A stretch of 64,000 nt of DNA from Calditrichaceae bacterium (GTDB lineage Bacteria > Calditrichota > Calditrichia > Calditrichales > JBFXGD01): the NCBI GenBank assembly GCA_050173015.1, contig JBFXLE010000018.1:27294-91293 (forward strand), given 5' to 3'. This document shows positions 33,021-42,803 of this stretch, in pieces. Every line of letters starts with the position of its first letter. Position 1 is the first letter of the stretch. The notes under the pieces are model-generated. The model searched no databases, had not been told where the DNA came from, and saw only the letters and a program-made list of their open reading frames with translations. Position numbers and translations under genes: made by a program.

Positions 33021-33326
33021 ACCTGAAATAATTACGTGTAAATCAGCAATATTCAACCGATCTGTTGCAAATCGATGGTCACAAGCTGTCAAAATTCGTC
33101 TTCTTTCGACGATTTTTTTTAAAATAGCGCGTTTGCAATCATTTTAATCATGATCGGGCCAATATGACGCATTTTACTACGCCTATTTGACAGAGTTCCG
33201 GAGACAGAAAAAAATTTTCAGGTTCTGAATGTAATAAGCGACCATTATTTGCTGCTTAAATACATGTCAACGGCATAAACGATGATTTGGATAAAAATAT
33301 TCGCATGAGAGATAAGGTTTAAAAGG

Positions 33327-33821
33327 ATGAATGAAAAAATAATCATAGACGGATTTAACCTGGCGCATAAATTCCCTTCCATTCAACAAAAAATAAAATC
33401 AGGTGAAATTGACACCGCCCTGACCTTAATCCTAAATCAGGTAAAAAAAATTCTCTCACCGAAGGTTTCAAGACTCATTGTAGTGTTCGACGGTACGGAT
33501 AATCCGCATCATTACCCTTCCGGTCACCCGAACATAAAGATCATGTTCTCAAGAAAACCGGAGACCGCGGACGATATCATTCGTAACTTCATCCGCAATA
33601 CAAACGATGTCAATGAATGGACTGTGGTCAGTTCGGATAATGAAATCCTGTTTACCGCGAGGGATCACGGCGCCAAAACCGCAAAATCCGAAAACTTTAA
33701 AAGGCGAATAGACCGGGCGGGCCGCCCCGGACGGACCACACTTAACCCGGAAAAATATAACCCCGATGATGTGGATATTGACTACTGGAAATCTGTTTTT
33801 GGCGCGCAGGATGAAGAATGA
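33327..33821 (+). CDS. NYN domain (YacP-like) putative RNase
   Basis: IIDGFN, VVFDG, TADDII, VVSSD motifs. Confidence 0.85.
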   Translation: MNEKIIIDGFNLAHKFPSIQQKIKSGEIDTALTLILNQVKKILSPKVSRLIVVFDGTDNPHHYPSGHPNIKIMFSRKPETADDIIRNFIRNTNDVNEWTVVSSDNEILFTARDHGAKTAKSENFKRRIDRAGRPGRTTLNPEKYNPDDVDIDYWKSVFGAQDEE

Positions 33822-35152
33822 AAATTTCAACAGACAAAAAGCGGTCTAATCAGTATGCCTTTGTTTTCTGGGCCGGTCTCGGGATCGTGCTTTTGTTTAA
33901 TCTTCTTGTCTGGATTTATTTAAATCAGGTGGAAGAAAAATTCAGCGATGAACTTAAAGATAAGCTCAATATCGCGGGTCAGCTAATGAACCGGTTGATC
34001 GATGAAGAACAAGTGAGTCTGCTAATCCCCGGTGAGCAGAACACGCTACCGTATCTCTACCATCAGCAGCTTCTTGAGGAAATCCGCAAAACAAGCGCTC
34101 TGCAATCGATCGTACTCGTTTCGCCCCTGGGAGAAATCCTGGTTTCAGCGCCTGAACGCCTGTCTTCTCAGCAGGTATCCGTCATCACCGGAAGCCGGTA
34201 TTTTAAGCAGGCCATGAGCGGCAAGAGCGCCGTCTCCGACCTGCAGGAATTCGCCGGTGAAAAATTCATGACGGCATTTATGCCCATAAAAGATATTGAC
34301 GGATTCCCGCAGGGTGTTCAGATTATAGAGGCCAAAGCCAATTATTTTGATGTGATCGTCGTACTCAGAAACCGGCTGCTCCTGTTTAGTTTTATCAATC
34401 TTACAGTGATATTGCTGATCGCCATTCTTCTGTTCCGGGTGATCAACCGTTCCATGAAGTACCGGGCGGCAATAAAGGAACGTGAACATCTTGTTCAACT
34501 GGGTACCATGGCGGCGACGGTCGCGCACGAATTACGCAATCCGCTGGGAATAATCGATGGCACGAATGATATTATCAAAAAGAAGTATGGGGATACCGGC
34601 GATGAAATTTTTGAATATATCCCTCAGGAGCTGAAAAGACTGGTCACGATTATTGATCATTTTTTAAAATTCGCCCGTACGCCTCAGTTACAGCTCAGCC
34701 GTTTCAGCATCACAAGCCTTTTGCAGAGAATCAGTGTAGGCCTGAATGAAGACGAGCTGAAACGACTGGAAATCACTCCGGTTACGGATGATATGGAAAT
34801 TTACAGCGATGAAAATTTGTTGGAACAATCCTTATTAAATGTAATCAACAACGCGCTTCAGGCGGCCGGAGATCACGGAAAAGTGTCCCTGGAATTTAAA
34901 TCGGGCAGAAAAAACATGTGCCGTATTGTCATCAGGGATAACGGTCCGGGGATTCAACCTGAAAACATGGATAAAATTTTTGAACCTTTTTATACCACCA
35001 GAGAAAAAGGAACCGGTTTGGGACTGGCCATCACAAAAAGACTGATAGAAAATATAGATGGACACATTTCGGTCAGCAATCTTGAACCGACCGGGTGTGA
35101 ATTTGTAGTGGAAATTCCGGATTTGTCGGGCCGGAAAGGATTGAAAAATTGA
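33818..35152 (+). CDS. Membrane sensor histidine kinase (NtrB-like)
   Basis: Two TMs flanking a periplasmic domain; AHELRNPL, NALQA, DNGPGI, FEPFYTT, GTGLGL. Confidence 0.92.
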   Translation: MKISTDKKRSNQYAFVFWAGLGIVLLFNLLVWIYLNQVEEKFSDELKDKLNIAGQLMNRLIDEEQVSLLIPGEQNTLPYLYHQQLLEEIRKTSALQSIVLVSPLGEILVSAPERLSSQQVSVITGSRYFKQAMSGKSAVSDLQEFAGEKFMTAFMPIKDIDGFPQGVQIIEAKANYFDVIVVLRNRLLLFSFINLTVILLIAILLFRVINRSMKYRAAIKEREHLVQLGTMAATVAHELRNPLGIIDGTNDIIKKKYGDTGDEIFEYIPQELKRLVTIIDHFLKFARTPQLQLSRFSITSLLQRISVGLNEDELKRLEITPVTDDMEIYSDENLLEQSLLNVINNALQAAGDHGKVSLEFKSGRKNMCRIVIRDNGPGIQPENMDKIFEPFYTTREKGTGLGLAITKRLIENIDGHISVSNLEPTGCEFVVEIPDLSGRKGLKN

Positions 35153-36735
35153 TATTCCCTATCTTTCTCCCTCCGGTTTTGTACGCGGAAACCCATTACC
35201 GGTTTAAATACTTTTTCAGCCTTCTCAAAAAACCGGAACCGGAAATTATCGCGGATGTCCCCCATCGGATACTGTCGGGTGGCCGACTCCCCATTCTTCT
35301 AATCATAAGGGATGCCCACCTTTACCCGGTCATTCTTGAACAAGCCGAAATCTTTATCGACAATATTAAGAAAGAAAGTTTTAAATTTTCAAAGCGGATC
35401 GATGCACCCTATTTTGAGTCCCTGCTCAAACTCGATGTCACGGACATAAAGCCGGGGCAGCATTCCATTGTCGTTAAAATTGAATATAAGATTAAAGGGA
35501 AAACAAAAATCTGCGTTAATGACAATCACCGCGGCACGACTCACGAACCATTCCCCTGCTATTTTTCAGCAGAAGCGCTGCCCAACTTTGATGGTTTCGC
35601 GCTTGGCGAACCTCACGCGCATACAAACTTCACCTCCGATCAGATCGAGTTCGGGGCATCGGTCCAAAACACGGCGGAAATGGCAAAAATTCTCGGGCTG
35701 CAATACTTCGCGGCGACTGATCATTCATACGATCTTGACGATATGCCCGATAATTATTTCATCAATGATCCCGAGCTTCGTAAATGGCATGATTTTAACC
35801 ATCAGGTTTCCCTGTATAATGACCAACAAGATGATTTTTGCGTCATCCCGGGTGAAGAAGTCAGCGTCCGGAACACGGATCAAAAGAATGTGCATCTTCT
35901 GGTTTACAATTCCGATACATTTTATCACGGAACGGGTGACAGCGGCGACCGCTGGCTAAATTACCGGTCCGAACACGACCTGAGTTCCATTTTGAATGAC
36001 CTTAACGGACAGACGGCGGCATTCGCGGCCCATCCAAAGGATCCCACACCGTTTTTGCAGAGTCTGCTTTTAAACCGCGGCGGATGGAATCATGCCGATG
36101 CCGTCCACAATAATCTGACCGGCGTTCAGATTATCAACGGGAGAACGGAAGAGATTACCAGGTCCGCTCTGACCTACTGGAAAGAACTGCTGCTTTCCGG
36201 TGTTAAAGTCTTCGCGCTGGCGGGAGACGACGCCCACGGTAATTTTGGCAGGTACCGGCAGATCGGTTTTCCGTTTGTCTCCATGCGTGAACACTATAGG
36301 CAGCTTTTCGGCGCCTGGCGTACCGGAATATTTCTCGGGAAAGAATCATTGAATGTGAGTAATCTCATCACCGGTTTACGCAGCGGAAACTACTTTATGA
36401 CCAACGGCCCGGCGATCCGGATCCAAATACGAGACGACAATAAGACCTATGAAATGGGTATGACCGCGGCAAGCGGATCGGAAGCGGTTATTCAGGTTAA
36501 ATCAGGAAGCGAGTATGGCGCGATCAGCCGGATCATGCTGTATCGCGGGATTATCGGCGATCAGGATGAAACACTATTGCTGGATCAGAACATAACCGAA
36601 TCAATATTTTCAGTATCAAAAAAGGTTTTATTACCCGATGATCAAAAATCGTATTATATCCGCGGCGAAACTGTCACAAAAAATACGCGCGGCGTATTTT
36701 ACGGATACACCAACCCGATTTGGATTCAGCATTGA
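35149..36735 (+). CDS. PHP-superfamily (CehA/McbA-like) metallohydrolase
   Basis: HAHT, TDHS, PGEEVS, HLL, AAHP, GDDAH motifs; TTG start overlaps the upstream stop. Confidence 0.8.
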   Translation: MIFPIFLPPVLYAETHYRFKYFFSLLKKPEPEIIADVPHRILSGGRLPILLIIRDAHLYPVILEQAEIFIDNIKKESFKFSKRIDAPYFESLLKLDVTDIKPGQHSIVVKIEYKIKGKTKICVNDNHRGTTHEPFPCYFSAEALPNFDGFALGEPHAHTNFTSDQIEFGASVQNTAEMAKILGLQYFAATDHSYDLDDMPDNYFINDPELRKWHDFNHQVSLYNDQQDDFCVIPGEEVSVRNTDQKNVHLLVYNSDTFYHGTGDSGDRWLNYRSEHDLSSILNDLNGQTAAFAAHPKDPTPFLQSLLLNRGGWNHADAVHNNLTGVQIINGRTEEITRSALTYWKELLLSGVKVFALAGDDAHGNFGRYRQIGFPFVSMREHYRQLFGAWRTGIFLGKESLNVSNLITGLRSGNYFMTNGPAIRIQIRDDNKTYEMGMTAASGSEAVIQVKSGSEYGAISRIMLYRGIIGDQDETLLLDQNITESIFSVSKKVLLPDDQKSYYIRGETVTKNTRGVFYGYTNPIWIQH

Positions 36736-36809
36736 AATTTTGTAAATACATCGAACTGAAAAAGAGTCATTTCCGTTAACGGGATTCCACATTTAAACGA
36801 AAAGCAACT

Positions 36810-38090
36810 ATGAAACTCAAATATATTATTATCTGGGCGACGCTCTCATTTTTGGCTTTACCGGCTTTCGCGCAGAATACTTCCCCAAAGAAGATCTCTT
36901 CCATCCTGATTATCGGAAACGATCATACCAATGAAGATATCATCAAACGCGAACTCCGGTTTGGAGTCGGCGACACCCTAAATGATTCGCTGCTTAATGT
37001 TTCAAAAAACCGACTTTTAAATCTATGGATATTTAATCGCGTTGAAATGTACAAAATACCCGATCAGGATGAAGTCTCGCTGCTGATTAATGTCACCGAA
37101 CGTTTTTCGCTTTTTCCATACCCCGAATTTCGGGTGGAGGACCGGGACTGGAGCAAACTGACTCTGGGATTCGGATTCGCGCACATGAATTTCCGCGGCC
37201 GTAATGAAAAGTTGTACGGTTCCCTGTTATTCGGATACCGTCCGGGATTTAAAATCGGCTATTTTAATCCCTGGGCAGGCGGGGATCTGCATCTTTCCAC
37301 CGGTCTTTATGTCAAGAAGTTTACCACCGAACACCGTACCCTGCCGTTTGACGAAGACCATGTGACTATCGGGTTCGCGCTCGGGAAATACTGGACGCTT
37401 CATTTCTATAACATGGTCAATTTCACCTACGACCAGGTGACGGTGCCGAAAGAGTACGCGCCGCTGATGCTGACCGGGGATGATACCGAAACCCTGAACA
37501 GCCTGCGTCTTTCGACCGTTCTGGATACGCGTGATTTGTTTGATTATCCTTCAAAAGGGTGGTATAACCGCTTCGTCATCAGTAAGAACGGATTGTTTGA
37601 ACCGGACATCGATTACTGGCAGTATATCACCGATTTGAGGCATTACAGAACCTACTCACCGCTGACCTTCGCCGCCCGTTTTTACACGCTTCAGAGTATT
37701 GGCACTTTGCCCTTGTATCAAAAAGTTTATATCGGGTTTGACGAACGGGTGCGCGGACACTTTTTTGATGTGTACGAAGGCCGACATTCCATGCTCGGCA
37801 GTTTTGAAATACGGTTTCCGATCAAAAAATTAAAATATTATAATTTCGCGAGCGGAATCATGCCAAGTTACGGAACGTCCAATTTAAAATTTGGTATCAA
37901 TGGCGGGTTGTTTATTGACACCGGTACCGTCTGGACCGGCCGGGAGGGTTTGTCCACCCAACATTTTGTCACCGGATTTGGCGCGGGTCTGCATTTCCGC
38001 CTTCCCTATATCCAGGTACTCCGCATCGATGCCGCCTTTGACGAAGATTTGAATTCCGAGATGATCATCGAGCTGGGTATTAATTTCTGA
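36810..38090 (+). CDS. Omp85 (BamA/TamA-like) outer membrane protein with a single POTRA domain
   Basis: Signal peptide; IIGNDHTNEDIIKREL POTRA; NFRGRN; VRGH (VRGY/F-like loop); GFGAGL; C-terminal F. Confidence 0.82.
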   Translation: MKLKYIIIWATLSFLALPAFAQNTSPKKISSILIIGNDHTNEDIIKRELRFGVGDTLNDSLLNVSKNRLLNLWIFNRVEMYKIPDQDEVSLLINVTERFSLFPYPEFRVEDRDWSKLTLGFGFAHMNFRGRNEKLYGSLLFGYRPGFKIGYFNPWAGGDLHLSTGLYVKKFTTEHRTLPFDEDHVTIGFALGKYWTLHFYNMVNFTYDQVTVPKEYAPLMLTGDDTETLNSLRLSTVLDTRDLFDYPSKGWYNRFVISKNGLFEPDIDYWQYITDLRHYRTYSPLTFAARFYTLQSIGTLPLYQKVYIGFDERVRGHFFDVYEGRHSMLGSFEIRFPIKKLKYYNFASGIMPSYGTSNLKFGINGGLFIDTGTVWTGREGLSTQHFVTGFGAGLHFRLPYIQVLRIDAAFDEDLNSEMIIELGINF

Positions 38091-38115
38091 TGGATTGTCG
38101 GAAGATGATTTTATT

Positions 38116-38626
38116 GTCTGAACTGTGACCTGCCCGCCTCTGGCGGGTGGAGATGATTAAATGATTTCATGATGAAGAACTCCCAATCAGAGTCCATCAC
38201 GTAATCACACGAATCATGGTTCAGACCATTCTTTTTTGTCTGAACTGTGATGAAGATGATTAAATGATTTCATGATGAAAAACTCCCAAATCATAGCTCA
38301 TCTTGTAATCACACGAATCAGAGTTCAGATCTTCCATCAGAGTCTATCATGTAATCAAGCGAATCATGGTTCAGACCATTCTTCTTTGTCTGAACTGTGA
38401 TGGAAATGATTAAATGATTTCATGATGAAGAACTCCCAATCAGAGTCCATCACGTAATCACAAAAATCACAGTTCAGACAATTTCATGATGAAGAATCTC
38501 AATTCACAGTCTTTCATGCAATCACAATTATCATAGCCCGGACAATCCCAAAATTAAGATTCTTCAATTAGAGTCTATCACATAAGCACACGAACCTGCC
38601 ATAATCGGGCATGTCAGAGTTCAGAC
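38116..38626. repeat. Array of ~90-bp imperfect palindromic elements (REP/MITE-like) with GTCTGAAC...GTTCAGAC ends
   Basis: Units at 38116-38226, 38238-38330 and 38388-38479, plus half and degenerate copies to 38626; unit 3 has a perfect 16-bp IR TTGTCTGAACTGTGAT/ATCACAGTTCAGACAA. Confidence 0.9.
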
Positions 38627-38628
38627 GG

Positions 38629-39708
38629 TTACCTGTAAACCGCGATATAATGTCCGCCGTTTAACTGAAATTGCAAAAATCCCGCCGCGTAGAGATTTCC
38701 ATTCGAATATACAAGTTTATTGACCCCGCTATAGGCGTTTAAGCCAAGATCCGTCCAGCTGTTTCCATCCCATTTGGCCACATAAAATTTATTTTGGCTG
38801 TTGTAGAATTTTCCACCGGCGTACAGATTGCCATCGGGATCCGCGCAAAGTGATTTAACCTTATCGTTGGCGTTTAATCCCAGATCAACCCAGCTGCCGT
38901 TGCTCCATTTGACCGCGAATCCGCTGGTAAAGTCGAACCCACCGCCCGCGTAAAGATTACCGTTCGCGTCCGCGCAGAGCGTGTAAACTTTTTCATAGGC
39001 GTCTAAATTGCTCATCTTGTCCCAGTCGCTGCCATTCCATTTAACCACATATCCGCCATTGGGAGCGGCAGAACCTGACCCTCCACCCGCATATATATTA
39101 CCGGTCCCGTCGATGCATAAGGCGATGATGTCAGTATATAGAAAACTGCCCACCCTCTGCCAACCGCTGCCGTTCCATTTGACGACACTTACATTACCGG
39201 CGAGCGTACCATCAAAATTTAATCCGTCCGCGGCCATGTAAATATTGCCGGCGGCATCAGCGAAGAGATCATTGATATAACCGCTGTATGTCAAACTGCC
39301 GAGACTGACCCAGCTGCTGCCGTTCCATTTCGCCACATAAGTGTTTCCGCTGTTATCGGTGAAAGCGCCTCCGATATAAAGATTACCGTTGGAGTCACCG
39401 CAAATCGCGAAAATATTGCCATTGATATCCAGTGTGCCGACTTCTGACCATTTACTCCCGTCCCATTTGGCCACATAACGTTTTCCGTTGCTGTTGGTAA
39501 AGGCGCCCGCCGCGAATAAATGACCATTATTGTCCACATAAAGATCATAGACACCGTTGACATCCAGATTTCCTAAAACGGACCAGCCTGTGACGGGAGT
39601 CTGATTGCCGCTGGTGGGATCACCGCCGTCATCGCTGCTGCAGCCCATCGTGAACAACATCATCATTCCGGTTAGAATGAACGGATAAATCCAGTTTTTG
39701 ATTTTCAT
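38629..39708 (-). CDS. Lipoprotein with about seven LYAGGxF...VAKWxGxxW repeats (probable beta-propeller)
   Basis: Lipobox TMGC; repeated ~45-aa units visible in the translation. Confidence 0.8.
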   Translation of the reverse strand: MKIKNWIYPFILTGMMMLFTMGCSSDDGGDPTSGNQTPVTGWSVLGNLDVNGVYDLYVDNNGHLFAAGAFTNSNGKRYVAKWDGSKWSEVGTLDINGNIFAICGDSNGNLYIGGAFTDNSGNTYVAKWNGSSWVSLGSLTYSGYINDLFADAAGNIYMAADGLNFDGTLAGNVSVVKWNGSGWQRVGSFLYTDIIALCIDGTGNIYAGGGSGSAAPNGGYVVKWNGSDWDKMSNLDAYEKVYTLCADANGNLYAGGGFDFTSGFAVKWSNGSWVDLGLNANDKVKSLCADPDGNLYAGGKFYNSQNKFYVAKWDGNSWTDLGLNAYSGVNKLVYSNGNLYAAGFLQFQLNGGHYIAVYR

Positions 39709-39796
39709 TTTCTTTCCACTTTCCTTGTTGAATAGTTCCTAATTTATTATTAAAACCTTTTTTCTGTTTACACGCCGCGCAGCCTACACGCGTTTA

Positions 39797-40270
39797 TCAC
39801 CGCCACTCGAGGTACGTTTCTCTCATGATCACCGGATTTCCAAGCATTCTCTCAAGCTCCGTAAAGAGTTCCCGAAGGTGTTGGCTGATTCTGTTGTTGA
39901 CGTTTCTGTTGACGGTATCCTTATGGCCATAGCCGGTCGGATCGTTCCAATTGACATCAAACTTCACGGACACAGCTGTGGTCCCGGGCATACTCTCGGA
40001 AACGAGAAAGTTCATCCTGTAATTCGCCTCGAGTTTGCCAAAATAAAAAGTCGTCCATTCCGTGCTGATCACCCCGGAAGACCTGTCGGTCGAACGAATC
40101 ATATAGCCCCGCGTATGGAGCGCGCCGACGCATCCGTCAAATACCCGGTCGCGATTTTCGGATTTCCAGACTCCGTGATCAAGTACCGGCTCGAAAGGAA
40201 TGCGGGTTGTGGCGCACCCGGACAGGAAAATTGCCGCGAACACCACGATGCTTAGCGATACGTTTTTCAT
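39797..40270 (-). CDS. Hypothetical lipoprotein
   Basis: RBS AAGGAG; lipobox LSGC; DRSSGVISTEW resembles small OM-lipoprotein alpha/beta domains. Confidence 0.7.
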   Translation of the reverse strand: MKNVSLSIVVFAAIFLSGCATTRIPFEPVLDHGVWKSENRDRVFDGCVGALHTRGYMIRSTDRSSGVISTEWTTFYFGKLEANYRMNFLVSESMPGTTAVSVKFDVNWNDPTGYGHKDTVNRNVNNRISQHLRELFTELERMLGNPVIMRETYLEWR

Positions 40271-40716
40271 TTTTATGGAATCTCCTTATATATGACGGGA
40301 ATAACCGGTGATACATGCGATAACCCGTTCCATGGATTTGAATGCATTTAAAAGGCCGGTAAAAATCGTTCTTCCATGACGACTCCTGATTCTCCTATCA
40401 CTCAAAACAGCTATCTTGATAAATATTCAGAATCATTCACTCTATCTATTATACAATGACTATAATCGTCCAAATTAAATCAGGTATTAGAAAAAATGCC
40501 GAGGTAAATATATGTCAGGTAATTACCTTTTGACAATAATTATTTTCATTCTTTTAATAAAACTTTTCTGACCGTATGATTTTATCTTAAATCAGCTTTT
40601 TTTTGTGTCAAACCGTTTAAAAATGTCCTTCGACCGCGCTTTCAGGGCGAATTGACGGTAAAATCTGAGAAGTAACGATTTTTTTTGATGGATCACCGGT
40701 GGAACTGGTTCCCGAC

Positions 40717-40947
40717 CGGTCAAATATCGTTCCTAAGCGGTCATATATGCTTCCTTCCCGGTCAAATATTGTTCCTAAGTGGTCATTTGTCGTTCCTAAA
40801 CGGTCAAATATTGTTCCTTCATGGTCATATATCGTTCCTTCGTGGTCATATATGATCCCTTCGTGGTCATTTATCATTCCTTCCCGGTCATTTATCGTTC
40901 CTTCGCGGTCATATATGGTTCCTTCCAGGTCATATATGGTTCCTAAC
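40717..40947. repeat. Tandem array of 11 x 21-bp units (consensus approx. YGGTCAWATATNGTTCCTWMN)
   Basis: Eleven contiguous gap-free units counted directly, from CGGTCAAATATCGTTCCTAAG to AGGTCATATATGGTTCCTAAC. Confidence 0.95.
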
Positions 40948-41152
40948 GGGTGATTTAGCGATTCCGCGCGGCGGCGAACGACGGGATCGTGGTTTTGAAT
41001 AGAATATTAGGGGTGGATATTAATGGAAATACAAAAAATGGTTGTGTAGGCCGGAAATGGCTTGAATAAAGATGATAGTGATTCAGTTGAAACCGGACTT
41101 TTGTCTGTTATTATTATCAATTTACAAAATACAATTATTCATTTTCACTGCG

Positions 41153-41581
41153 TTAGAATTCTTTATTCCATCGTGGTAAATGTCCGTAAAGTTCAAAAAA
41201 TTTCTGAATTAATTTTGCTTCAACATAGAGAGGAATATCCGCGGCTTTGTTATTAAATGTGTCATACCAATATACGTCCAGCGCTTCAATATTTTCTTCT
41301 TCTAATTTTTGAGGCCAGGACTTTTTTCTTGGAATATCTCCAAATTGATGTCCATTCACAATTCTGTCAAAAAGTCCGCCATTTCGATGTTTGATTTTTC
41401 CATCATTTTGAACTTTTCCCGAAGAACCTATGTAAACAAGCTCGATTTTTCCATTTTTTAATTCATACACGATATAAATTCCACTTTTGTTTTTTGGCGC
41501 ATTACAAACATCTGTAAGATTGTCATCTTTTGTAAAAATGAAGTGGCCGTTGTTTTGATATTTTTTTAATTCATCAAACAT
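41153..41581 (-). CDS. GIY-YIG-like nuclease family protein
   Basis: SGIYIVY...LVYIGSSG, downstream R, EAKLI and WN; AT-rich; RBS GAGGA. Confidence 0.7.
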   Translation of the reverse strand: MFDELKKYQNNGHFIFTKDDNLTDVCNAPKNKSGIYIVYELKNGKIELVYIGSSGKVQNDGKIKHRNGGLFDRIVNGHQFGDIPRKKSWPQKLEEENIEALDVYWYDTFNNKAADIPLYVEAKLIQKFFELYGHLPRWNKEF

Positions 41582-41613
41582 ATGTCATCCTCTTTTAGAA
41601 TTGTTAGTATGAA

Positions 41614-41735
41614 TCCCAACGGTTTGTATGATAATCCCTGCCGATTGCGGGCTTTATACTTTTCAAGATACACGAACACACTTTATGTGTGCTACAAAGC
41701 CCCTGGATTTGCTGTTAACATAGCTATTATTGTTA
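41614..41735. other. Possible degenerate attC-like (gene-cassette) recombination site
   Basis: Intergenic element starting CCCAACGGTTTGTATG between two co-oriented AT-rich genes; reads GTTGGGA just upstream of the GIY-YIG gene on the minus strand; the opposite arm is not intact. Confidence 0.35.
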
Positions 41736-42803
41736 TTCAACATCAGTTATATACACCGTTCCTTTACCTTTCCCGACACTAGTTATCAGCCGCTCCTTTC
41801 TCATATATTGCAGATCCTTTTTTATGGTATTGATATTAATATTATCAAACCTTTTTGCCAAATCAGATATTTTCAATGGTTGATTTTTTATTAAATAATC
41901 CCTTATTTCTTTCTGTCTTTCATTCAAATATCCACCTTTTGACTTAAACACATCATATTTTTCGTCAAGTCGTTGAGTTAATTCACTCAATTTATCAAGA
42001 AAATACAATATCCATGTAGATATGTTTTCATTATTTTTATTTCTGTTTTTTTGCCCATCCATTAATGCCTGATAGTATTCTTTTTTAGTATTTTCTATCA
42101 GGTTTTCAAATGATACATATTGGATAAACCAATAACCGTTTTGCAGTAAAAGCAGGGTGATTAATAATCTGGATAATCGGCCATTTCCATCCTGGAACGG
42201 ATGAATTGATAAGAACTCGTAAATAAGATTTGCTACAATAATTAAAGGATGAATTTCTTTATTTTTTAATTGACGATTTGTCCAACTAATCAAATCGTTC
42301 ATTTCACTACTCACTAAATGAACTTCTGTTGTATTAAAAAGAACTTTTTGAATTCCATCAGGATAGTTTGCTACTACTTTGTTTGAAATTGATTTATACT
42401 CTCCACGATGTCTTGTATCTTTATCGCTATATCGTAATAAACTCTTATGTAATTGTTTTATATAATTTTCAGTTAATCTTATATTTTCATAGTTTTCATA
42501 AATTGTTTCCAATGTGTCATAATAACCAATGACTTCTTGTTCATCTCTTGTCTTTAATTTGGTTATTTTTATATTTTTCAGGAGTTCTTCTATTTCTTTG
42601 TTTGTAAGAGTTCCGCCTTCAATTCTTGTTGAAGAACCGATACTTTCGATTGTGGCAATTTTCCGTAATTCTTTTAGATATGTATTCTCTTGATTTTCAA
42701 TACTATTCCATTTGCCTTTATATAAGTCGATTTGAGAAATCAGGTTCAATATTTTCTGATTTGTTTGAAAATCATAGTTTAATTTATTTATATATTTATC
42801 CAT
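41733..42803 (-). CDS. Fic family protein (class II-like) with C-terminal winged HTH
   Basis: HPFQDGNGRLSR Fic motif; STRIEG inhibitory motif N-terminal to it; NINTIKKDL...GKGKGTVY wHTH. Confidence 0.92.
   Translation of the reverse strand: MDKYINKLNYDFQTNQKILNLISQIDLYKGKWNSIENQENTYLKELRKIATIESIGSSTRIEGGTLTNKEIEELLKNIKITKLKTRDEQEVIGYYDTLETIYENYENIRLTENYIKQLHKSLLRYSDKDTRHRGEYKSISNKVVANYPDGIQKVLFNTTEVHLVSSEMNDLISWTNRQLKNKEIHPLIIVANLIYEFLSIHPFQDGNGRLSRLLITLLLLQNGYWFIQYVSFENLIENTKKEYYQALMDGQKNRNKNNENISTWILYFLDKLSELTQRLDEKYDVFKSKGGYLNERQKEIRDYLIKNQPLKISDLAKRFDNININTIKKDLQYMRKERLITSVGKGKGTVYITDVE

Noticed and set aside
38116-38626. CRISPR array interpretation of the repeats
   Set aside because: The sequences between termini are themselves repeated and self-complementary, unit lengths are irregular, and there are no cas genes.
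40617-40953. ORFs 40617-40877 (-) and 40699-40953 (+) as confident genes
   Set aside because: Openness follows from the 21-bp repeat; there is no good RBS and the minus-strand ATG lies inside the array.
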